In this document: positions 47,611-56,451 of the stretch, one piece after another
Layout: each line of letters starts with the position of its first letter
Position numbering within the stretch: the stretch's first letter is position 1
Source of the DNA: Patescibacteria group bacterium
Lineage (GTDB): Bacteria; Patescibacteriota; Minisyncoccia; Phycocordibacterales; UBA9973
NCBI GenBank assembly: GCA_040384805.1
Contig: JAZKIP010000001.1
Location: 133,864-197,863 of the forward strand
Length of the DNA stretch: 64,000 bases
Direction: 5' to 3'
Program-made: the position numbers and the translations under genes
The notes under the pieces: model-generated
Told to the model about the DNA's origin: nothing
Database searches by the model: none
The model's input: only the letters and a program-made list of their open reading frames with translations

Positions 47611-48495
47611 ATGAATGAAAAATATAAGCTGAGAAATATCGAGCCCGGAATTTATCGCCAGCGAGGTATAGCCGAATTTCGCATTCTTGAATCCTCGATT
47701 TCAAAACGGGTATTTATAAAATACCTCAAGGAACTTTCCCGAAATTTAGGAATGCAACCACATCCAGAATTGCCAGAGCCAGTTATTACTTCAGCTTCTG
47801 GCTATACTTTACAAAAGCATGATGGCCTTGAAGGATTTCTATTCTGGCTAGAATCAGGACTTCACGCTTATTACTGGAAGCGTCCACAGATAATAACTGT
47901 GGACATGCATTCTTGTAAACCACTTATTGAAGAAGCTGTTGAAAATACAAGTAGAAGTAACTTTAGTATTGTTGAGTACAATTATGTAGACCTAGTTTTA
48001 AAAGAAAAGAAAGACAGTCAAAAAGTAAGGACCAGAATATATTCAATATCCCGAAAAGGCCTAATCGCTTCAAAACGCATCAAAAAAGATGAGTATATTT
48101 CTGGGTATTATGGTGAAGTTCACGAAATAAGAAGGACAAAGAAATTTTATAGAGCAGAATTTAAGAATGCAGTTCAATTCGCCGAACATAAATGGCGGGA
48201 ACCTGTCTTAAATAGTCTTGCACAAAACATTAACCATGCGTGTGTACCAAACTGCGGCATTAAAGGTATGTTTGATATAGTTGCCATTAGAAATATTGAA
48301 ATTGGTGAAGAATTATTGTTAGATTATGCAATGACAGAGGATTCCGACTTGAATATCCCTAAAGAAAAATGTTTATGTGGCACAAAAAAGTGCCGTGGAA
48401 AAGCAGTTCCTTATAAAAAGCTACCAAAAGAAGTCAAAGTATTATATAATAATTACATCTCCGAATGGTTAAAAAATAAGTATTATATCAACTAA
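47611..48495 (+). CDS. SET-domain protein (lysine methyltransferase-like), complete gene inside spacer 3
   Basis: NHACVPNC (SET NHxCxPN motif), EELLLDY (ELxxDY motif), and the post-SET Cys cluster CLCGTKKCRG. Confidence 0.65.
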   Translation: MNEKYKLRNIEPGIYRQRGIAEFRILESSISKRVFIKYLKELSRNLGMQPHPELPEPVITSASGYTLQKHDGLEGFLFWLESGLHAYYWKRPQIITVDMHSCKPLIEEAVENTSRSNFSIVEYNYVDLVLKEKKDSQKVRTRIYSISRKGLIASKRIKKDEYISGYYGEVHEIRRTKKFYRAEFKNAVQFAEHKWREPVLNSLAQNINHACVPNCGIKGMFDIVAIRNIEIGEELLLDYAMTEDSDLNIPKEKCLCGTKKCRGKAVPYKKLPKEVKVLYNNYISEWLKNKYYIN

Positions 48496-48796
48496 CATTA
48501 GCCATATCAGTTCCCCTGCATATAATATAGTTTGAAAAAACGCTAAAGTTTTGAAGGCTCAAGCAGCTGTATATTCGCGGGTTATTAAATCTGCAAAATC
48601 GTGAGGTTTAAGCAATACCATGTTAAAATTGAATGGACAAAGCTTTCCCTGATGAAATTTATAGCGTTTGTTCCTATCAAGAACTATTGCTTATTGATAC
48701 AAGATCCAACTCATATATTTGGAGTAATTGCAGGCACAGAGATTATGGAATTTTTAACCGTTGCACAACCTCCTTTTAACGACACTAGTATGCAAG

Positions 48797-49227
48797 TGAT
48801 CCACGCAACGGCCCATGAAAGTCGCTTGAATAGGACATCGATCTTGGAAATGTCAGAACATGGTGCAGACCCATACAGTATCGAAGAATTGATCGCAGAA
48901 ATGGGAGCCTCATACCTCTGCTATCATGCCGGCATTCTTCCGACCCCAATAGGAGACTATTTCGCCTACCTGAACGGCTGGCTCTGGATAAGCTTCGGCA
49001 AGATACTCACCTTGTTGTTACAGCAAGCGTATATGCGCAGCGGGCGGTTGACTACATTCTGGGGTATAAGGAGGCAACCAGCGAGAAAAAAGAGGAAGCG
49101 GAAGTGCCCGAAGCCATGGATGGGGAATAGGAGACATCTATACACAAAGCCCGGACTTTTCCGGGCTTTTTATAATTACTATTTCTTTTTTACTTCGTTA
49201 TATTTCAAACAAAAATTACAAGTATGA
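48797..49227 (+). pseudogene. Spacer-4: 3' fragment of an ArdC-like antirestriction/zincin gene, starting mid-gene at the repeat junction
   Basis: Begins ...IHATAHESRLNRTSILEMSEHGADPYSIEELIAEMGASYLCYHAGI (the HExxH...RLNR ArdC C-terminal metallopeptidase motif). The first 258 nt are 100% identical to 51706..51963 in spacer 6, then the two copies diverge. A terminator hairpin AAGCCCGGACTTTTCCGGGCTTTTT follows. Confidence 0.55.
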
Positions 49228-49256
49228 AAACAAGTATTCTGATTAACAATTTCATT

Positions 49257-49502
49257 CTATTCTTTATCTCTTATTTCTTGTCTTGCTCTTGAAAGATTTT
49301 CAAAGTAGTTCCCCTCAAAAGTTTCAGACACAATTTTCTCTAATGATGATTCAATATCAAAAAGAATTCTTTCTTCTGCTTGATCTTCAAATAGCAACGG
49401 GTGTTCTTTCTGATTGAATTTGGTTAACCATTCGAGCAGAACGAGAGCTTCATTACTACTTAGTTTTAGGAATATGTTTTTATTGTCTTTTATAACTTCC
49501 AT
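49257..49502 (-). CDS. Hypothetical small protein inside spacer 4
   Basis: 81-aa ORF. Confidence 0.35.
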   Translation of the reverse strand: MEVIKDNKNIFLKLSSNEALVLLEWLTKFNQKEHPLLFEDQAEERILFDIESSLEKIVSETFEGNYFENLSRARQEIRDKE

Positions 49503-49738
49503 AATTTATAGACCTCCGTGTTCAAGAACATTTTTTAATTGTACGGGATTAAGTTTCCAGCCGCTAATAAATTGTCCCGAAGGACTAGAGATAACATTAA
49601 GACCAGTATTTGGATTGAGATAGTGTATTACTGATTGACCTCTATATGTTCCATTAATAGCTTGAACACCTGCGGAATTGTTGCACAACCTCCTTTTAAC
49701 GACACTAGTATGCAAGAAATGGCGAGCAAATAAAAATT

Positions 49739-50380
49739 TTGGGCGTAGTGGCTCTTCAAAGAAATAGATCAATAATTAAAAAAATAGATAGAGTAATATC
49801 TACCATTTGGGACATAGCCAAGAAAAATTCTACTCCTAATGAAAATATAGTTATCCTGGAGATTTCAGAAGTTACCGGGATATCTCCAAAAGAAGTTAGT
49901 CTTTGTTTGCACCTCATTTCTGATTATGGTCAGTATGTTACGGGGAGTATAAGCGAGCAGAACACAAGGCTCTACACCGCAATTCAGATAAACGAAGATA
50001 TAAATGTATACTATAGGTATAGCGAATTTCCTGAGGCAAGTTCTCTCCTTGCATTGGATGAAATTAAGAATCAGACGCAACCCCAGGAGTATTTTAAGGA
50101 TGATGAAATTCTGACAATCGGTTGGCAATTGGATAGATTAAGGGAAGAATTTAAAAACGGCATATGTGTATTACAAACCGGACAGGAAATCATCTGGACG
50201 GATAATCAAGAAGATATCGCAGAAATGAAAATTCAGCTTTCCAAATTATCGAAGAAAAACTGGTTTCAACTCTTTATTGGTAAATTATTTTCAAAAGGCA
50301 TTGATAAGCTTTTCTTTGAACCTCTGTTTGAAAAGATTAAGAATTTTGTTGATCCGGCAATAAGTGGATTACTGAATTGA
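49739..50380 (+). CDS. Hypothetical protein inside spacer 5
   Basis: 213-aa ORF starting 23 nt after repeat 5. Confidence 0.4.
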   Translation: MGVVALQRNRSIIKKIDRVISTIWDIAKKNSTPNENIVILEISEVTGISPKEVSLCLHLISDYGQYVTGSISEQNTRLYTAIQINEDINVYYRYSEFPEASSLLALDEIKNQTQPQEYFKDDEILTIGWQLDRLREEFKNGICVLQTGQEIIWTDNQEDIAEMKIQLSKLSKKNWFQLFIGKLFSKGIDKLFFEPLFEKIKNFVDPAISGLLN

Positions 50381-50544
50381 GGCTGCGCTTAATGCGATCC
50401 GTTACAATTTGCTGTTTTCCGTCCAATGATAAACTGTGTTTTCAGTGGCTTCGACAACTTTACATAATTACTTATGCCGGTTCTTCTGCTTCCTGTCATT
50501 TCTTCCCCGCTGCTGAAGAGAATTTATGTAGGGATTAGCAATCT

Positions 50545-50919
50545 TTATTCATCTGAGAATTCTTCAAGATCGAGTATGGCAAGCCCTTTGATTCCGTCTG
50601 GTGTCCTGATCCAGTATACGACAGAACTCGAATCAAAACACACTTCTAGATTGGAAATACATGCGTGTATTCGATAGCTGGTGGCAAGATCAGAGGAGCA
50701 ACGGAGTAAGCCATCTCTAAACTCAAACTTGACGGTATAACCATCCGCTAGGGCTTTTATGACTACCGGTGAGCATAGTTCTAATTCTGAAAAAGCTTTC
50801 ATTAAGAAAGGGTAATTGACTTCCTTCATGCTAGGCTGTGATTTCTCCGGATTATTCCGACCGGAATCTGAAGAGGCCGGCATTTCATACTGGCATTGAA
50901 TAGTAGATTTCTGTTCCAT
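50545..50919 (-). CDS. Hypothetical protein inside spacer 5
   Basis: 124-aa ORF. Confidence 0.35.
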   Translation of the reverse strand: MEQKSTIQCQYEMPASSDSGRNNPEKSQPSMKEVNYPFLMKAFSELELCSPVVIKALADGYTVKFEFRDGLLRCSSDLATSYRIHACISNLEVCFDSSSVVYWIRTPDGIKGLAILDLEEFSDE

Positions 50920-51264
50920 AACATTATTTTTTAGAGTTTGATAATGTCGGAACAGCCTGCGGAGAGGTTGACAGATCAGTCTATAAATGACAGAATGTCA
51001 TTATGTTACGTAGTGGTGGTACACTATGTAAAATAATCTCTCGGTATGCTGTTACCGAAGGGGTGAACCATCAACAAAATGTTGGTGGTTTTTTTCTTTG
51101 CTAATAGTCTATCCCAATAAAAGAAGAAACAAATGGCTGTAATCCACTGTCTTAATGCTGTTATAAATAAAAAAAATTATTACATTACTGTATTAAAAGC
51201 TGCGTTAATGGGAAACCGCTTAAAACCGTTGCACAACCTCCTTTTAACGACACTAGTATGCAAG

Positions 51265-52045
51265 CAAAAACCTCTATCTCACCTGGGACCAAATCAAGGA
51301 GGTCGGCGGATCGGTAAACCGGGGGCAGAAAGGGCATGTCGTTGCCTACTGGAAAATGATCTCGAAAGAACAAACCCGAATGGTACACGAGAAAAATGAA
51401 CTTACTCCGCTTCTCCGGTACTACAAAGTGTTTAACATTTCGCAGTGCAGGGACCTTCCCGATAACCTACTTACTCGGGCGGAGACGTTCCCACAGGGTA
51501 TTGACGCTGGCAGTTCTTCCAAAAAGAAAAATTCGATCTTCTGCGAGGCGATCTACAACAACATGCCTCTGCCCCCAGAGATTAAGTATGAATCCCAGAA
51601 GGCTCTCTATGACCCCGCTCAGGATTACGTCAGCATGCTCAGGAAAAAGAGCTATAAAGAGCCTTCAGGCTACTATGCAGCCCTGTTCCATCAGTTGATC
51701 CACGCAACGGCCCATGAAAGTCGCTTGAATAGGACATCGATCTTGGAAATGTCAGAACATGGTGCAGACCCATACAGTATCGAAGAATTGATCGCAGAAA
51801 TGGGAGCCTCATACCTCTGCTATCATGCCGGCATTCTTCCGACCCCAATAGGAGACTATTTCGCCTACCTGAACGGCTGGCTCTGGATAAGCTTCGGCAA
51901 GATACTCACCTTGTTGTTACAGCAAGCGTATATGCGCAGCGGGCGGTTGACTTTATTTTGGGATATAAAGAGGCAACCAGTAAGAAAAAAGAGGAACGGG
52001 AAGGGTCCGCAGCCATCGAAGGGGAATAACAAATATTTAACATAA
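51265..52045 (+). pseudogene. Spacer-6: N-terminally truncated ArdC-like antirestriction gene (longer fragment than in spacer 4)
   Basis: The frame is open from the repeat junction: KNLYLTWDQIKEVGGSVNRGQKGHVVAYWK (ArdC N-terminal ssDNA-binding domain), then ...LFHQLIHATAHESRLNR.... No start codon. A terminator hairpin AAGCCCGGATACCGGGCTTT follows. Confidence 0.55.
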
Positions 52046-52288
52046 TAAGCCCGGATACCGGGCTTTCTTTAATTAAGTGTTAACTATTAGCCATTATAAC
52101 TTGTTATTAAAAATCTCACTAGTTTTTTGAAATTACCTTAGAAAACCTCTAATTTACTACCTTTGCCATCCATTAAAGGAAATAAACATACAGTAAGATT
52201 ATCCTTAATGTGTATATAGGTCGTTTACAATAAGTTAACAAGTGGTACAATAATGGTAAGCTTTTTGTCACCTTAAATTTATTACATT

Positions 52289-52537
52289 ATGAAAAAGTAT
52301 TTCATACCAACGTTTAGACTTCCTTTCTCTTGGAAAGAGAAATTATTGGATAAGGTTGTTTATCAGCCTTATAAGTATTTTAATGGGGTTTATAAGGAAA
52401 CCGGCATTCTTGTCACAGAGAACCAACTAAATGAGATTGTAGAAATATTGTCTCTCAAATTGGTGTCCCAAAAGATGTCCGCTGAACCTGACATTATTGA
52501 AGTAACCGTCAGAAAATTGGACACGGTAGCAGCCTAG
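52289..52537 (+). CDS. Hypothetical small protein inside spacer 6
   Basis: 82-aa ORF. Confidence 0.3.
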   Translation: MKKYFIPTFRLPFSWKEKLLDKVVYQPYKYFNGVYKETGILVTENQLNEIVEILSLKLVSQKMSAEPDIIEVTVRKLDTVAA

Positions 52538-52571
52538 ACGAATACCATATTTAGGTCCCTTAGGGGACCTT

Positions 52572-53542
52572 TTATTTTATCAGCTTATCGGAGTAAAAAA
52601 TATGATTCATAAATTCACTTATTAACTTAAAATCTGAATTCTTTAATCCGTCAATTAACAGCTTATATATATTCTTTCCTGTAAGGTTTATTCTATGGAT
52701 TACGTTGTTTTTTATGTAAGCAATTTCTTGTAAGTGGTAATCCTCCTTGGTTAAATCATAAAATATCCGGTCTCTATCTTTATTTAGCGCTATAGCTGGT
52801 CCTGAAATTTCGATGTTTGGTTTTTCAGAAAGTATTTTAAGAACTTCCGTAAGACACTGGGCAAAATCAAAAGTTCTGTTGTATAGCTTGTTCAATAACT
52901 CTAACTGATAAAACCAAATTAAATAGCGATTAACTCGCCTAATCTGGATTAATTTGAGATTTCCCTGAAGTGGGTTAAATGAAAACGTAGTTTCAAGTGC
53001 AGTATGAATTGAACTAATGGAATAGTCAATTAATTTACGCGAATCCTTATTTAAAGATTCACTAGCATAAAAAACGATGTCAGTGATAATAGCAAACGCA
53101 TCCGCTTGGTAGTCTGCTTCTTCTACCACTTTCGGAAAATTTCCAATCCCTTGTACCGTTCGCCGATCTAAATTGTGGAACTTATGCAGTGCTTCGTGAA
53201 GCACATAAAGTCGACAAGCTTGATAAAATTTATCATAGTTTAATGGATGATTACCTGTAAGAAATCTGTGATAAATGGATGCGAAGAAATTCACTTTAAT
53301 TTTCCACTGTTTACTGATATCCAAAAAATCTATATCTTGGTCCTCATCTACAAGCCCTTCTACGATGGTATTAGAAAAAAATTGGCTCGTATCATCCAAC
53401 TCAAAATAATTAGAATATACCTCCGCCGGAAATTTCCAATAACTACTATGACAGAATATATCTTCGGGATGAATTTGATATCCGCTTAAAAGGGTTTTAT
53501 ACCACAGCTTCTTATTAAAATCCTGGTTTTTAATAAATTTCT
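52572..53542 (-). pseudogene. Spacer-6: HExxH-containing gene (HEALHKFH), N-terminally truncated at the repeat 7 junction
   Basis: The ORF reaches the repeat with no ATG; the ORF track uses a GTG inside the repeat. Possible ImmA/IrrE-like metallopeptidase, low confidence. Confidence 0.35.
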
Positions 53543-53868
53543 GTTGCACAACCTCCTTTTAACGACACTAGTATGCAAGGATTTTTGAATTGCATTCAAA
53601 TAGCCAAGAAGGTTTTGTATCAGTAGCTTCCTATAGGCTTCTACGAGTAAAACACTATTTCCTCCAGCCGGTAAAGCTGTGTAATATCTTGATTCTAACA
53701 TTCCCCGGTGTAATTAGTTCTGCGACTGATGTGTCTCCATTGTTTTTGTGATAAACAGAATAGGTGCAAAATCAATTTCTACCTTTTCAATTTCGAGCAA
53801 TGTTTGTTCTGTTTGAATATTGTCGTTCATTTTATTATGGGTTGAGTTGTTAATCGATGGCGCCAAAA

Positions 53869-54789
53869 TCAGAAACATTGACGTCCATAGTATTTTTCCC
53901 TTCGCAAAAAAAAATTTTTAAGTTGGTAATATCTTTTGTCTATTAATGACCTGCTTTGACCAGCCCCCGAAATATCATTTTTGGTGACTTTAAACTCATT
54001 ATAAAATGCATCTTTAAATGATTTCGAATTTAAGTCTTCTATTTCTTTGGCTGGATAGTATATCATTACGCATTTGCCTGTTTTAGCATTACCTATATCG
54101 CTGATATGAAGAAAAAGGCCAGCCGCAAACCCAACATGGCCAACATATGAATCAATATCACGTCCACAATTCATAACGTGGTAGGTGGGCTCATTGTTTA
54201 CCTCACTCTGCAGCTGTAGTACGAAGTTAGTACCTTTTATAACAACAGTGCCTTTCCCCCAATTTTTGCCATGGTAGTATTGAACTGTATCACCTATCTC
54301 GTTTTGCCATTTAATGAGAAAGGCAATCCTCCCCAAAATTGCTTCTCCCTCGTTCTCTAAGTTTTCTCTAAACCGGCCGTCCTTGTCATAGAAGCATTCC
54401 CAATAACCGTCGAGTTTTTGTAATTGTAGGATAGAGGATGTCGGAGTGGGTACTTGGCCCCCAGACGAAAAGAATTCACCCCTGTCACATCCATACGCAT
54501 AACGATACATCGTATTTATGAATTTCTTTCGGAAGGTCCGTACACCGTGCTTAGAATGATGAAAAAGAACTGCCAAAGGTTTGTTGGAACGAATGTTAAT
54601 ATTTTTTAGCGCTTTTCCTTTATTGATGGCTTCGTATAATGGATCGTAATTTCGCAAATTGGAGTTTAATATCTTATCAGGATTTTCGATTGCATTTCCT
54701 GTCGTGCTTTTATATTTTTCAATTACTGCCTTTCTAAGTTCGCTTAACTCGTGGTGCTCAAGTGTAATATTCCCAATTTCTGCTGTCAT
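53869..54789 (-). CDS. Hypothetical protein inside spacer 7
   Basis: 306-aa ORF. Confidence 0.4.
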   Translation of the reverse strand: MTAEIGNITLEHHELSELRKAVIEKYKSTTGNAIENPDKILNSNLRNYDPLYEAINKGKALKNINIRSNKPLAVLFHHSKHGVRTFRKKFINTMYRYAYGCDRGEFFSSGGQVPTPTSSILQLQKLDGYWECFYDKDGRFRENLENEGEAILGRIAFLIKWQNEIGDTVQYYHGKNWGKGTVVIKGTNFVLQLQSEVNNEPTYHVMNCGRDIDSYVGHVGFAAGLFLHISDIGNAKTGKCVMIYYPAKEIEDLNSKSFKDAFYNEFKVTKNDISGAGQSRSLIDKRYYQLKNFFLRREKYYGRQCF

Positions 54790-56115
54790 TTTTTACCCAG
54801 TTAAGTAAAGTAAATCAGAATTAAGCCCAAAAATACCATTAAATGCACACAATTAGGTAAAAAACTATAGTTTACTCTATGTAGGTGAAATACAATGGTT
54901 AAAATATTTTATTTTTTTAACTTATTTACCTAAATTTGGAATAGGGATACAGGTTTTCTGGCTCTTAAAAAAAGAGCCTAACGGTCTAACCACCGTTAAG
55001 CCCTGTAATAGCGGTAGTCTCGTTGACAATTATACCGCCTAGATAACAGTCTAACATGTTTTTCTAGTATAAATAACGTTAGACATATAGTATAGGTTTT
55101 TGTCAACTTGATTAGACCGCTAAGAAGCGATCCGATCAGGTTTTTTTATTTATATACACAAAATTAGAAATATACAATATGGTGGCATGGCTACATAAAA
55201 AATTGGGCAGACATCCCCCATAAAGGAAGAATCTGCCCACATGAAATATACCTGCTTTCGCAGACGTACAATTCAACTAGTCATTGCAAATGTATATAAA
55301 GCGGAAGCAGGTTAAAAAATCTTTTTTAACCTGTAATACGCTTTACAATGATAAGCAACATTAACAAGTGTCCTTTCCATGGGCACACCTCCGTTACATC
55401 AGCATCGAGTACAGACGAATTAGTCAGCCTTAAATCGTTGCACAACCTCCTTTTAACGACACTAGTATGCAAGTATTCATTAAGGGGCAGCGCTTCACTA
55501 CGAGGTGTCTGCCCTTTTTGTGTATATATGCGCCATAATATTATATTTGAACGAAAAATAAACAGTCTCAAATAAAAAAAGCCAGACTCGACAATTTATC
55601 TATTGCGGAGAGCTGGCTAAACCGTGTAGTGCTGCTGCTAGACGAACTTGACTTTTTAAGGCATTGAATGATAATATATTAGCAGCGGTTTAGCTTAAAA
55701 TTGATACCGCACAATTCACCGCTCAGGCCACGAACCTGAGCGGTTTTTATTTTTGTCTAAGGATATTGAAATAGGGACGGATAGTAAAGATAAGGGTAAA
55801 CATTTATTCGTTGCACAACCTCCTTTTAACGACACTAGTATGCAAGTATTTGTTTAGTTTAAATAAAAAACCTGACCAGATCGCTATTCGTGCGGTCTAA
55901 TCAGGTTGACAAAAAACCTATAATGTTGCCTAACGTTATTTATACTAGAAAAACATGTTAGACTGTTATCTAGGCGGTATAATTGTCAGCCAGACTACCG
56001 CTAATAGGGTTACGACGGTCTGATCACCGCCGGCCCTATTTTTTTATACTATGTGTATATGATTAAATTTGTTGCACAACCTCCTTTTAACGACACTAGT
56101 ATGCAAGTGCTTGTA

Positions 56116-56451
56116 TTATATATCTTTTTTAGGTTTTTTTCCAATTTTCCCCGAAAGTTGAATGATTTCAAAGGGTGGCATAGCTGCCGCTTTTTCTTTG
56201 GAAAGAATATCAAGATTAATAAAGCAAGATTGGCATAAACTGCTAATAAATACCTTTTCAGTTTTCTTGATGAACAATCCGCTCAAAAGGGTCTGGACTG
56301 TGCGCTTCTCCTTTTGATATAGCGGACCTATGTATAGATTTCTCATAATTGGTTTAAGTCCATAATTCTTACATACGATAACAGCTTTATTCCTATGTCG
56401 CCAATTATTGCTTTCCCAACTGATAATTATAGTCGAAGTGATGTTATTCAT
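56116..56451 (-). CDS. cas2: Cas2-like protein (divergent)
   Basis: ~111 aa. N-terminal IIISWESNNWRHRNKAVIVCKNYGLK aligns with the Cas2 pattern YDI...RR.Kv.k.L..yG (YD replaced by WE). Overlaps cas1 by 8 nt, as is typical for cas1-cas2 operons. Confidence 0.5.
   Translation of the reverse strand: MNNITSTIIISWESNNWRHRNKAVIVCKNYGLKPIMRNLYIGPLYQKEKRTVQTLLSGLFIKKTEKVFISSLCQSCFINLDILSKEKAAAMPPFEIIQLSGKIGKKPKKDI

Larger units (their letters stand above)
45261..56107 (+). CRISPR. CRISPR-like array: 10 identical 37-bp direct repeats with atypical 224-2278-bp spacers of foreign-looking DNA, next to cas2-cas1
   Basis: Repeat GTTGCACAACCTCCTTTTAACGACACTAGTATGCAAG, 37/37 identical in all copies. The copies are at 45261..45297, 46483..46519, 46791..46827, 48760..48796, 49680..49716, 51228..51264, 53543..53579, 55437..55473, 55810..55846 and 56071..56107. 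All are on the + strand. The last repeat ends 8 nt from the cas2 stop. The nine spacers measure 1185, 271, 1932, 883, 1511, 2278, 1857, 336 and 224 bp. Confidence 0.6.

Noticed and set aside
45201-55575. ORFs that run through the 37-bp repeats: the 45201 tail, the 46777 start, 48601..48796, 49506..49772, 53486..53701, 55326..55571 and 55348..55575
   Set aside because: The segments LHTSVVKRRLCN (minus frame) and LHNLLLTTLVCK / VAQPPFNDTSMQV (plus frames) are translations of the identical repeat. These ORFs are artefacts of reading across repeat-spacer junctions. Where a real gene fragment abuts the repeat I annotated only the fragment.
45261-56107. Interpreting the array as a conventional CRISPR array
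   Set aside because: Spacer lengths of 224-2278 bp are incompatible with known Cas1-Cas2 ruler mechanisms (~26-72 bp) and are highly irregular. I therefore call it CRISPR-like only, and list misassembly as an alternative.
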